Shown piece by piece: positions 8,156 to 16,343 of a stretch of 48,549 nucleotides of DNA. Every line of letters starts with the position of its first letter. Within the stretch, counting starts at the first letter, position 1. Both the position numbers and the translations under genes were made by a program. Where the stretch lies: the NCBI GenBank assembly GCA_964543155.1, contig CAZIXQ010000002.1, forward strand, positions 1-48,549, in the 5' to 3' direction. The notes beneath the pieces were generated by a model. The model did no database searches, was not told the DNA's origin, and saw nothing but the letters and a program-made list of their open reading frames with translations. The stretch is from an uncultured Enterobacteriaceae bacterium. GTDB lineage: Bacteria > Pseudomonadota > Gammaproteobacteria > Burkholderiales > SG8-39.

Positions 8156-9190
8156 TTATTTCAGAACCGCCGCCGCGTGTTCACGGAAAAATGCACCGAA
8201 CGCGGCAATCGCCCGGTCGATGCCCGGCGCGTCGACATCCAGGTGCGTGACCAGACGCATGCGCGTGCCCGGAAGCACGCTCACGCCGGCAGTCCTCAGA
8301 CGGACGACGAGAGCGCCCACGCGCGCGGCGGGCACGTGGACGAACACCATGTTGGTCTGCGGCGGCTCGACCCGCAGGCCGTCGATCCGGCCGAGACCGG
8401 CGGCGAGGCGCTCCGCGTTCGAGTGGTCCTGCGCGAGCCGGTCGACGTTGTGCTCGAGGGCATAGAGCCCGGCGGCGGCGAGCACGCCGGCCTGCCGCAT
8501 CGCCCCGCCGAGGATCTTCCGGCAGCGGTGAGCGCGCGCGATGAGATCCCGGCTGCCGACGAGGACCGTTCCCGCGGGCGCACCCAGGCCCTTCGAGAGG
8601 CAGACCGACACCGTGTCGAAGCCGCGGCAGAGTGCGGCAACCGGGACGCCGAGCTTCACGGCCGCATTGAAGATCCGCGCGCCGTCGAGATGCGTGGCGA
8701 GGCCGCGGCGGGCGGCCAGCGCGAGTGCTTCGTTGAAGTAGCCCCGCGGGATCGCGCGTCCGCCGATCGTATTCTCGAGCGCGAGCAGGCGCGTGCGCGC
8801 GTAGTGCGCGTCGTCGGGCTTGATCGCGGCCTCGACCTCCGCGAGATCGAGCGTGCCGTCGGGCCTGTTGGCGAGCGGCTGCGGTTGCACGCTCCCGAGC
8901 ACCGCGGCACCGCCCGCCTCGGAGCGATAGGTGTGCGCCTCCTGGCCGACGACGTACTCGTCGCCGCGTTGGCAGTGGCTCATTATCGCGGCGAGGTTCG
9001 ACTGGGTCCCGGACGGGAAGAACAGCGCCGCGTCGAATCCCAGCATCGACGCCACGTGCGCCTGCAGCCGGTTCACGGTCGGATCGTCGGCGAACACGTC
9101 GTCCCCGACCTCGGCCGCCGCCATCGCCGCGCGCATCTCGGGTGAGGGCCGCGTGACGGTGTCGCTGCGCAGATCGACGATCTCGGGCAT
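8156..9190 (-). CDS. ltaE: Low-specificity L-threonine aldolase
   Basis: I start at the internal ATG behind GGAGA (MPEIVDLRSDTVTRPSPEMRAAM...). The motifs DDVFADDPTVNRLQ, FPSGTQSNL and VCLSKGLGAP (PLP-binding Lys) are present. Confidence 0.9.
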   Translation of the reverse strand: MPEIVDLRSDTVTRPSPEMRAAMAAAEVGDDVFADDPTVNRLQAHVASMLGFDAALFFPSGTQSNLAAIMSHCQRGDEYVVGQEAHTYRSEAGGAAVLGSVQPQPLANRPDGTLDLAEVEAAIKPDDAHYARTRLLALENTIGGRAIPRGYFNEALALAARRGLATHLDGARIFNAAVKLGVPVAALCRGFDTVSVCLSKGLGAPAGTVLVGSRDLIARAHRCRKILGGAMRQAGVLAAAGLYALEHNVDRLAQDHSNAERLAAGLGRIDGLRVEPPQTNMVFVHVPAARVGALVVRLRTAGVSVLPGTRMRLVTHLDVDAPGIDRAIAAFGAFFREHAAAVLK

Positions 9191-9242
9191 CGCGCGTTCT
9201 CCAGCCTTGCTCGGCCGCAAGGGTACCGCGATCGTGCCGGCG

Positions 9243-10115
9243 CTAGCGCTTGCCGGTGAGCTGGAAGAGCATCACGGCCCCCACGACCACGGTCGCCCCG
9301 AGGATCTGGGTGGCGGTGAGCGCTTCGCCGAGGGCCGCCCACGCGAGGGCCGCGACGACCACCGGCTCCAGGTTGAGGACCACCGCCGTCTGCACCGGAC
9401 CGAGCAGGGGCAGGAGCAGGAAGAGGCCGATGATGCCGGCGGCGTAGAAGACCGCGAGGCCGGCGAGCCCGAAGAGCCCGGTGGCGCCGGGGGGCAGCCG
9501 GAGGTCGGCCGTCACCGCGGCGGTCGCGACGAAGATCGCGGCCGCCGTCGCAAGCATGAAGAAGGTTCGTAGCGGCGCGCCGACGTTCGGGGCGAGGCGC
9601 TGCGTGAGGACGACCGCCGCGGTGAACGCCGCCGACGCACCGAGCGCCGCCGCGACGCCAAGCGGATTGACGGGCTGGAGACTCACCCCGAGCACGAGGG
9701 CGAGCCCGAGGAAGGCGGCAAGGAGCGTCGTCGCGAGCCGCCATGAAAAGCGCTCGCTCCCGAGCAGGATCGACGCGAGCCCGGTGAAGAAGGGATAGGT
9801 GTAGAAGACGAGCAGCGCGATCGTGACCGGCAGCAGCGCGACCGCGACCTGGATCATCACCGTCTGCCCGGCGATGAGCAGGCCGAGCAGGAGCGTGCCC
9901 TTGAACTCGCGCGGGAGCGGGAGGACCCGCGTGCGGCGCAGCTGCAGCAGCGCGAGCAGGAGGGCGGCGGCGAGCAGCGAGCGCACGGTCGCGGCCGTCA
10001 GCACGCCCACGCCGTGGGTGAACGCGACCCGCGCGCACACGTGGCCCGCGCCGAGGCTCACTGCGACGCCGAACAGGCCAAGAAGCGGGAGGACCGCGCG
10101 GTGGGGAGCGGACAC
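9243..10115 (-). CDS. DMT superfamily (EamA-like) transporter
   Basis: The 290-aa product is highly hydrophobic with about 10 predicted helices in two similar halves, typical of EamA-family permeases. Confidence 0.85.
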   Translation of the reverse strand: MSAPHRAVLPLLGLFGVAVSLGAGHVCARVAFTHGVGVLTAATVRSLLAAALLLALLQLRRTRVLPLPREFKGTLLLGLLIAGQTVMIQVAVALLPVTIALLVFYTYPFFTGLASILLGSERFSWRLATTLLAAFLGLALVLGVSLQPVNPLGVAAALGASAAFTAAVVLTQRLAPNVGAPLRTFFMLATAAAIFVATAAVTADLRLPPGATGLFGLAGLAVFYAAGIIGLFLLLPLLGPVQTAVVLNLEPVVVAALAWAALGEALTATQILGATVVVGAVMLFQLTGKR

Positions 10116-10186
10116 GCGGGACGGCGACGAGCGGGGCGGCGAAGCGCGCGATTATGCCGCAGGCCGACCGGCGCGCATGTCCGCGC

Positions 10187-10750
10187 CTAGGCCTTCGCGT
10201 CCTTCGGGATGAACTTCAGGGCGATGCCGTTGTTGCACCAGCGCTTGCCGGTCGGCCGCGGACCGTCGTCGAACACGTGCCCGTGGTGGCCGCCGCAGCG
10301 CACGCAGTGGTACTCGGTGCGCGGCAGGAGCAGCTTGTAGTCGGTCTTGGTCCCGAAGACGCCGGGGATGGTGGTGAAGAAGCTCGGCCAGCCGGTGTGG
10401 CTCTCGTACTTCATCGCCGAGGTGAAGAGCGGCAGCCCGCAACCGGCGCACGCGAAGATCCCCGCCCGCGACTCGCCGTTGAGCGGGCTCGTCCCGGCGG
10501 CCTCCGTCCCCTCCTCGCGCAGGACGTGGAACTGTGCCCGGTCCAGGCGCTTGCGCCACTCCTCGCCGGACAGCTTGAGCGCATCGGTCGGCGCCGGCAC
10601 CGCGACGCCCTTCGCCAGGAACTCGCGCCAGCCCTGCTGGAGCGCTTCGACCGCCTTCATGTCCGCGGGAAGGGTCTTCTGCGCGCGCGCCGGCAGCGCC
10701 ACGGCCAGACCCGATGCCAGGATGCCGTGCAGCAAGCCACGTCGATTCAT
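10187..10750 (-). CDS. msrB: Peptide-methionine (R)-S-oxide reductase MsrB with an N-terminal twin-arginine signal peptide
   Basis: The signal peptide is MNRRGLLHGILASGLAVALPARAQ. The SelR core has two CxxC zinc motifs (CAGCGLPLF, CVRCGGHHGHVF) and the catalytic RWCNNG. Confidence 0.9.
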   Translation of the reverse strand: MNRRGLLHGILASGLAVALPARAQKTLPADMKAVEALQQGWREFLAKGVAVPAPTDALKLSGEEWRKRLDRAQFHVLREEGTEAAGTSPLNGESRAGIFACAGCGLPLFTSAMKYESHTGWPSFFTTIPGVFGTKTDYKLLLPRTEYHCVRCGGHHGHVFDDGPRPTGKRWCNNGIALKFIPKDAKA

Positions 10751-10913
10751 CGTCGCATCTCCTGATGGTGTGAACCGCAGACCGCGCCGCGCCGCGCGAG
10801 TTCCTCGCCGGCCGGCCCCGGGTCGTCGGTCGCGTTTCCGGGTCCGACGCGTGCGGCGAGGCTAGAATGACCGTGACAGGATACGCGCGCACCGCGCCGA
10901 TGGAAGGTCTGGC

Positions 10914-11201
10914 ATGAGCACCACGCAACCCGGCAAGAGCAACGTCGACCTGGACGAGGTCGCCCGGCTCGTCGCCGCCCTGGAGCGCGACCTCGCGAAG
11001 GTCCGCGCCGGCTCCGGCGACGTCGATACGCTGCGCGGCGAGGTCGCGCAGCTGCGTCAGGCGCTCGCCGCGCCGGAAACGGCGCACGGCGAGGTCCACG
11101 AGGGACTGCACGGCATCCGCGCGCTGCTGCAGAAGGCCGAGGGCGAACTCCTCACCGACGCCGACTACGTCGCGCGCATCGGGCGCATGCTGGGCATGTA
11201 G
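10914..11201 (+). CDS. Small coiled-coil protein, tentatively DUF4404-like
   Basis: The 95-aa product has heptad-like Leu/Ala spacing and ends ...DYVARIGRMLGM. The family name is assigned from memory only. Confidence 0.65.
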   Translation: MSTTQPGKSNVDLDEVARLVAALERDLAKVRAGSGDVDTLRGEVAQLRQALAAPETAHGEVHEGLHGIRALLQKAEGELLTDADYVARIGRMLGM

Positions 11202-11211
11202 CGCAGCGCGC

Positions 11212-13830
11212 TCAGCCGAGCGCGCCGAGCGCCGCAGCGGCGATCGCGTCCCGGTCGACGGCGAAGTATGCGCGCAGGCTCGCGCGCGTGTCGCTGCGCC
11301 CGAAGCCGTCGGTCCCGAGCGCGACGTAGCGTCGCCCTGGGGGCGCGAACGGCCGGACGAGATCGGCCACGGCGCTCACGTAGTCGCTCGCGGCGACGAT
11401 CGGCCCTTCGGTCGCGTCCAGGCAGTGCGCGACCCAGCTCCGCCCGGCTTCGCCGCCGCGCGCCTCGCGCACCGCGCGCGAGGCGCCGCCGGCGACGAGT
11501 CCGTCCCAGCGCAGCTCCGTCCAGCTCGTGACGCTCCACACGTCCGCCGCGACGCCGTGCCCGGCCTCGAGCGCCTCCGCCGCCGAGAGCACCTCGCGCA
11601 GGATCGCCCCCGAACCGAGCAGCTGCACGCGCCGACGCGCGTCTCGCCGCGGGGAGGCGCGCAGCAGGTACATCCCGCGCCGGATCCCCTCCTCCGCATC
11701 CGGCGGCATCTCGGGATGCGCGTAGTTCTCGTTCATCACCGTCACGTAGTAGAAGACGTCCTCCTGCGCCTCGAGCATGCGGCGCATACCATCCTGCAGG
11801 ATCACGACGAGCTCGTGCTTGAAGCAAGGGTCGTAGGCCTTGCAGGTCGGAATCGTGGAGGCGAACAGGTGGCTCGCGCCGTCCTGGTGCTGCAGCCCCT
11901 CGCCCGAGAGCGTCGTGCGGCCCGCCGTCGCGCCGAGGAGGAAACCGCGCGCGCGCGAGTCCGCCGCGGCCCAGGCGATGTCGCCGATGCGCTGGAAACC
12001 GAACATCGAGTAGAAGATGTAAAAGGGCAGCATCGGGGTGCCGTGCGCGCTGTAGCTCGTCGCCGCGGCGAGCCAGGAGGAAATCGCGCCCGCCTCGGTG
12101 ATGCCCTCCTCGAGGATCTGGCCGTCCTTCGCCTCCTTGTAGTACAGGAGCTCGTCGCGGTCCTCGGGCTCGTAGAGCTGCCCGACCGACGAGTAGATGC
12201 CGACCTGCCGGAACAGGTTCTGCATCCCGAACGTGCGCGCCTCGTCGGCCACGATCGGCACGATGCGCTTGCCCACCGCCGGGTCGCGCAGCAGCTGGCC
12301 GAGCATCTGCACGAACACCATCGTGGTGGACTTCTCGCGCCCGTCCGCGCCCGCGAGCAGCGCGGCGAATGCGTCGAGCTTCGGCGCCTCGACGCGCGGC
12401 GCCTGCGCCGATCGCGCCGGCAGGTACCCGCCGAGCGCGTGGCGCCGCGCGTGCAGGTAGCGCATCTCCGGCGACTCGTCGGAGGGCTTGTGGAAGCGCA
12501 GGTGCTCGACGTCCTCGTCGGACAGCGGGAGCGCGAAGCGGTCGCGGAACGCGCGCAGCGCCTCGTCGTCGAGCTTCTTCTGCTGGTGGGTGGTCATCTT
12601 GCCCTGCCCCCAGTGCCCCATGCCGTAGCCCTTCTTCGTCTGCGCGAGGATGACCGTCGGCTGGCCGCGGTGCCGCGTGGCGACGTGGTAGGCCGCGTAG
12701 ATCTTCACCGGGTCGTGGCCGCCGCGGCGCAGCCGGTCGATGTCCTCGTCGGACATCTCGGCGACGAGCGCCCGCAGCTCGGGATACTTGTTGAAGAAGT
12801 GCTCGCGGTTGAACCGGCCGTCGGTCGCGGCGTACTTCTGGAACTCGCCGTCCACCGTCTCGTGCAGCCGCCGCAGGATGACTTCGTCGTGGTCGCGCGC
12901 GAAGAGCGGATCCCAGTCCGAGCCCCACAGCAGCTTGACCACGTTCCAGCCGGCGCCGGCGTACAGGCCCTCGAGCTCCTGGATGACCGATCCGTTGCCG
13001 CGCACCGGGCCGTCGAGCCGCTGGAGGTTGCAGTTGACCACCATGATCAGGTTGTCGAGCCCTTCGCGCGCGGCGAGCGACAGGCCGGCGAGCGACTCCG
13101 GCTCGTCCATCTCGCCGTCGCCCACGAAGCACCAGACCTTGCGTCCGGCGGTGGCGAGCATTCCGCGGTTCTCCAGGTAGCGCATGAAGCGCGCCTGGTA
13201 GATGGCGTTGATCGGCCCGAGGCCCATCGAACCGGTCGGGAACTGCCAGAACGCCGGCATCAGCCACGGGTGGCAGTAGGAGGAGAGCCCCTGTCCCCCG
13301 ACTTCGCGCCGGTAGTTCGCCAGGTGGGCCTCCGTGAGTCGGCCCTCGAGGAACGCGCGCGCATAGACGCCCGGCGCCGAGTGCGGCTGGAAGTACACGA
13401 GGTCGCCGGCCTGGCCCGCCCGGAAGAAATGGTTGAAGCCGACCTCGAAGAGATCCGCGGCCGACGCGTAGCTCGAGATGTGGCCCCCGAGCTCCGGGTG
13501 CGCGCGGTTCGCGCGCACCACCATGGCGAGCGCGTTCCAGCGGATGATCGACGCGAGACGGTGCTCGATCTCGAGGCTGCCCGGGAACTGCGGCTGGTCG
13601 GCGAGCGCGATCGTGTTGCAGTACGGCGTGTTGAGAACCGGCGGCATGCGCACGCGCTTCGCCCGCGCGCGATCGAGCAGCCTGCGCAGCAGGAACGTGG
13701 CGCGCTCCGGACCCTCTTGCTCGACCAGCGCGTCGAACGCATCGAGCCACTCGCGCGTCTCGGCCGGATCGATGTCGGGCGCGGCCACGCGCCAGTAGCC
13801 GGAGAAGGGGGAGTCGGCGAGGTCGGTCAT
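11212..13830 (-). CDS. aceE: Pyruvate dehydrogenase (acetyl-transferring) E1 component, homodimeric type
   Basis: I start at MTDLADSPFSGYW... inside the long ORF 11212..14580. The 872-aa product carries ETREWLDAFDALV, NTPYCNTI, GGHISSYASAADLFEVGFNHFFR, FVGDGEMDEPES and PMLPFYIFYSMFGFQR. Confidence 0.93.
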   Translation of the reverse strand: MTDLADSPFSGYWRVAAPDIDPAETREWLDAFDALVEQEGPERATFLLRRLLDRARAKRVRMPPVLNTPYCNTIALADQPQFPGSLEIEHRLASIIRWNALAMVVRANRAHPELGGHISSYASAADLFEVGFNHFFRAGQAGDLVYFQPHSAPGVYARAFLEGRLTEAHLANYRREVGGQGLSSYCHPWLMPAFWQFPTGSMGLGPINAIYQARFMRYLENRGMLATAGRKVWCFVGDGEMDEPESLAGLSLAAREGLDNLIMVVNCNLQRLDGPVRGNGSVIQELEGLYAGAGWNVVKLLWGSDWDPLFARDHDEVILRRLHETVDGEFQKYAATDGRFNREHFFNKYPELRALVAEMSDEDIDRLRRGGHDPVKIYAAYHVATRHRGQPTVILAQTKKGYGMGHWGQGKMTTHQQKKLDDEALRAFRDRFALPLSDEDVEHLRFHKPSDESPEMRYLHARRHALGGYLPARSAQAPRVEAPKLDAFAALLAGADGREKSTTMVFVQMLGQLLRDPAVGKRIVPIVADEARTFGMQNLFRQVGIYSSVGQLYEPEDRDELLYYKEAKDGQILEEGITEAGAISSWLAAATSYSAHGTPMLPFYIFYSMFGFQRIGDIAWAAADSRARGFLLGATAGRTTLSGEGLQHQDGASHLFASTIPTCKAYDPCFKHELVVILQDGMRRMLEAQEDVFYYVTVMNENYAHPEMPPDAEEGIRRGMYLLRASPRRDARRRVQLLGSGAILREVLSAAEALEAGHGVAADVWSVTSWTELRWDGLVAGGASRAVREARGGEAGRSWVAHCLDATEGPIVAASDYVSAVADLVRPFAPPGRRYVALGTDGFGRSDTRASLRAYFAVDRDAIAAAALGALG

Positions 13831-14004
13831 GCGCGGGATCCTCGAATCGGGCCGGGAAATGGTACGCGGCTTCGCCCCCCGCCGGGACCGCGGGCGGCAC
13901 CGTCCGGAATCCCCGGCGTGTCGCGCTGCCGCCGTGCCGCGCGCACGCGCTTGCGGCGATCGGTCGCGCGGCATATGGTGGCGGTCCAGCCTCCGGAGGC
14001 ACCC

Positions 14005-14526
14005 GTGCGCGCGCTGCCGATCCTGCTCCTCGCCATCCCCCTCGCCGCCCTCGGCCAGATCCCCCAGCCCGTGATCCCGCAAACGGTGGTTCCCGGCGCC
14101 GGCGCGCCGGTGGCGCCACAGGGCTATGGCGGCACGGCGATCCTGGCGCCGACGCACGACGGCGGCGGGGTGATCCTGACCCCCGGCCACCCGCCCGCGT
14201 ACGTTGTGCCGCCGGGGCCGAGCGGAGCGGGCGCAGTGATCGCGCCGGGCTACGGGCCAACCTACATCGTGCCGGGCCAGGGCGGCGGCACGACGCTCAT
14301 CACGCCGAACCAGGGCACGACGGTGATCCGCCCGAACCCGATGGGCGGCACCACGATCGTCGGGCCCGGACAGCCGACGACCCTCGTCAACCCCATCCCG
14401 GGCCGCCCCGGCGGCGCCATGATCATCGGTCCGAGCGGTGCCCCCGGGTACGTGGTCCCGACCCCGCATGGCACGGTGGTGCAGCCGTCTGGCGAGATCC
14501 CGCCCACCTACATCTACCGCCCCTGA
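14005..14526 (+). CDS. Secreted Pro/Gly-rich protein composed of about 15 short beta-strand/turn repeats
   Basis: GTG 14005 lies 5 nt after GGAGG (an alternative in-frame ATG is at 13975). The signal peptide is (M)RALPILLLAIPLAALGQ. The rest consists of units such as TAILAPTHDGGG, VILTPGHPPA, TYIVPGQGGG, TTLITPNQG, TTVIRPNPMGG and TTIVGPGQP. It forms the 3' tail of shadow ORF 11425..14526. Confidence 0.65.
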   Translation: MRALPILLLAIPLAALGQIPQPVIPQTVVPGAGAPVAPQGYGGTAILAPTHDGGGVILTPGHPPAYVVPPGPSGAGAVIAPGYGPTYIVPGQGGGTTLITPNQGTTVIRPNPMGGTTIVGPGQPTTLVNPIPGRPGGAMIIGPSGAPGYVVPTPHGTVVQPSGEIPPTYIYRP

Positions 14527-14532
14527 TTCGCG

Positions 14533-14558
14533 CCGCTGTCGACTCGTCGACGCAGCGG
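14533..14558 (+). terminator. GC-rich hairpin just after the repeat-protein stop (CCGCTGTCGAC-tc-GTCGACgcAGCGG)
   Basis: The inverted repeat was read directly, 7 nt after the TGA at 14524-14526. No clear U-tract follows. Confidence 0.4.
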
Positions 14559-14732
14559 TGTGGCGTAGGTCTCGCCGCACACGCGAGTTGACAGTCCGTC
14601 AGGTGGCGCGATCGCGCGGCGCGCCGCACCATCCTGCATCACCGGATGCGCGCTCCGGGGCGGTCTAAGACGACGCGGTGATGGAAGGGCGCGCGACGTT
14701 GTACTAGAGTGGCTGTCCGGCGGAGAACACCG

Positions 14733-15440
14733 ATGGCAACGAATGTCCGGATTGCGGTCCTGCGGCGGGTCGGCGTGATGCTGTGCGCGGTTGCGCTCTG
14801 GCCGTCCGCGGCGCTCGCGCAGGGCTTCAAGTTCGAGAAGGATCCCGGCGCCCAGCAGCGGGCCGCCGAGGAGACGGCGCGCAGGGCACGCGTCGCCGAG
14901 AACCTCTCCACGCCGTGCAAGGAGGCGATCAGGAACAAGAAGATCGCCGTCATCATCGGCGAGGAGCAGTCGAACGGGGTCGTGCTCGCGCGGCAGGAGA
15001 ACTACGGCCCGCACTTCCAGTTGATCAACGGTCGCCTGCAGGCGCTCGGCCTGCGCACCTACACCCCGGACGAGATCCGCAAGCAGATCGCCCAGGCAGA
15101 GATCGACGCCTATTTCAGGAACAACCCGGATGCGGCGCTCTCGGCGTCGAAGCGTCTCGGCGCGAATTTCGTCCTGCGCGGCCTGATCACGTCGCAGGCG
15201 ACCTACAACGCGATCGTGCGCGTGAACCAGGTGTCGGTCGGCATGGGCTTCACGCTTGCGGCCGCCGACGGCCGCACCGTTGCGAACGCGGCGGCGAGCG
15301 CGGCCTCGTACGCCGGCCCGGACGTGCGCGCCATGGCGGTCACCCTGCTCAACGAGCAGGCGGACGAAGTGGTGTCGCGGCTCTACAGCGAGTACTGCCG
15401 GAACGCCGAGGTCGCGGCGCCGGCAAAGGCGCGGAAGTAG
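14733..15440 (+). CDS. Exported alpha/beta protein with an LpoB/CsgG-like pattern (hypothetical)
   Basis: ATG 14733 follows GGAGAA (the ORF track starts at GTG 14709). The signal peptide is MATNVRIAVLRRVGVMLCAVALWPSAALA. The pattern KKIAVIIGEE...LINGRLQALGLRTYTPDE...ANFVLRGLITSQ...VSVGMGFTL recalls small periplasmic CsgG/LpoB-type folds. Two Cys residues could form a disulfide. Confidence 0.75.
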   Translation: MATNVRIAVLRRVGVMLCAVALWPSAALAQGFKFEKDPGAQQRAAEETARRARVAENLSTPCKEAIRNKKIAVIIGEEQSNGVVLARQENYGPHFQLINGRLQALGLRTYTPDEIRKQIAQAEIDAYFRNNPDAALSASKRLGANFVLRGLITSQATYNAIVRVNQVSVGMGFTLAAADGRTVANAAASAASYAGPDVRAMAVTLLNEQADEVVSRLYSEYCRNAEVAAPAKARK

Positions 15441-15497
15441 GCGCCCCGCACCCGGGCGCCTGGCGGCAACGGCTGGACTACTAGCGGAGAGACTGAG

Positions 15498-16319
15498 ATG
15501 AGCCTGTTCAAGCACGGTGTGTTCATGACGGCGGCGCTGTGCGTGTGCGGCGCCACGAGCGCGCAGCCCACATTCCAGAGCGCGTCCCCGACAGCGGGCA
15601 CGGCGACCTCGGAGAAGGCGAACGCGAACGCCGACAAGGCGATGTACCAGGCGATCCAGTACCAGAACGCCGGCAAGCAGGGCCCGGCGCTCGTGGTGAT
15701 CCCGGGAGAGATCAAGAGCAGCAACGCCACCTTCACGCAGAAGTTCGGGCCGACGAACATCGCCGACTTCGCCGAGATCGAGCTGAGCCGCGCGAACTTC
15801 CAGGTCCTCGAGCGCACGAACCTCGGGCCGCTGCTCAACGAGTTCACGCTCGCCTACAACCTCGGCGACCCGAACAAGGCGCGCAACTACCTCGGCATGG
15901 GCAAGCTCCGCTCCACGAAGTACGTGGTCAAGTTCGACATCCTCAAGACCGAACAGGTCGCCGCCGCGCAGCAGGGCTTCGACGGCGCGGCGGTCGGGCG
16001 GGTGATCGGCATCCTCGGTGCGTTCAGCGGGTCGCGCGGCGGCGCACAGGCGGGCGCGATCGGCGACACCGCAGTGGGATCGGTGAAGGTCGGCGACTCG
16101 ACCGGCATCTGGGTCATCGGCATGCGCTACAAGATCATGGACGCCGAGACCACGGAGCAGGTCGCGCAGGGCTACACCGAGGAGAAGATGGAGATCGGCG
16201 CCACCGGGACCTCGGTGATGGGCTTCTCGCAGTCGCAGCAGGGCGGCGTCGGGCTCGACACCATGGTGCAGCGGCTGGTGCAGAAGTCGGTCTGGGAGAT
16301 CGACAGCAAGTACAAGTAG
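15498..16319 (+). CDS. CsgG-family-like exported protein (curli-type secretion channel family, divergent)
   Basis: ATG follows GGAGAG. The N-terminal signal is MTAALCVCGATSA (not a canonical lipobox). PALVVIPGEIKSSN...IADFAEIELSRANFQVLERTNLGPLLNEFTLAY...KYVVKFDILK matches the CsgG-family pattern (AV.PF...l.d.L...L...g.f.vlER..l..ll.E). Confidence 0.75.
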   Translation: MSLFKHGVFMTAALCVCGATSAQPTFQSASPTAGTATSEKANANADKAMYQAIQYQNAGKQGPALVVIPGEIKSSNATFTQKFGPTNIADFAEIELSRANFQVLERTNLGPLLNEFTLAYNLGDPNKARNYLGMGKLRSTKYVVKFDILKTEQVAAAQQGFDGAAVGRVIGILGAFSGSRGGAQAGAIGDTAVGSVKVGDSTGIWVIGMRYKIMDAETTEQVAQGYTEEKMEIGATGTSVMGFSQSQQGGVGLDTMVQRLVQKSVWEIDSKYK

Positions 16320-16343
16320 CCCCCTCACGACCGGCCCCGGCGC

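Noticed and set aside
11425-13974. The large plus-strand ORF (part of 11425..14526), and the out-of-frame minus-strand ORF 11165..14260, overlapping aceE.
   Set aside because: They are antisense to or frame-shifted relative to the clearly real aceE. Their composition is dominated by Arg/Ala/Pro/Gly. Only the 3' tail from 14005 onward, beyond aceE, has its own SD, start and signal peptide, and only that tail was kept.
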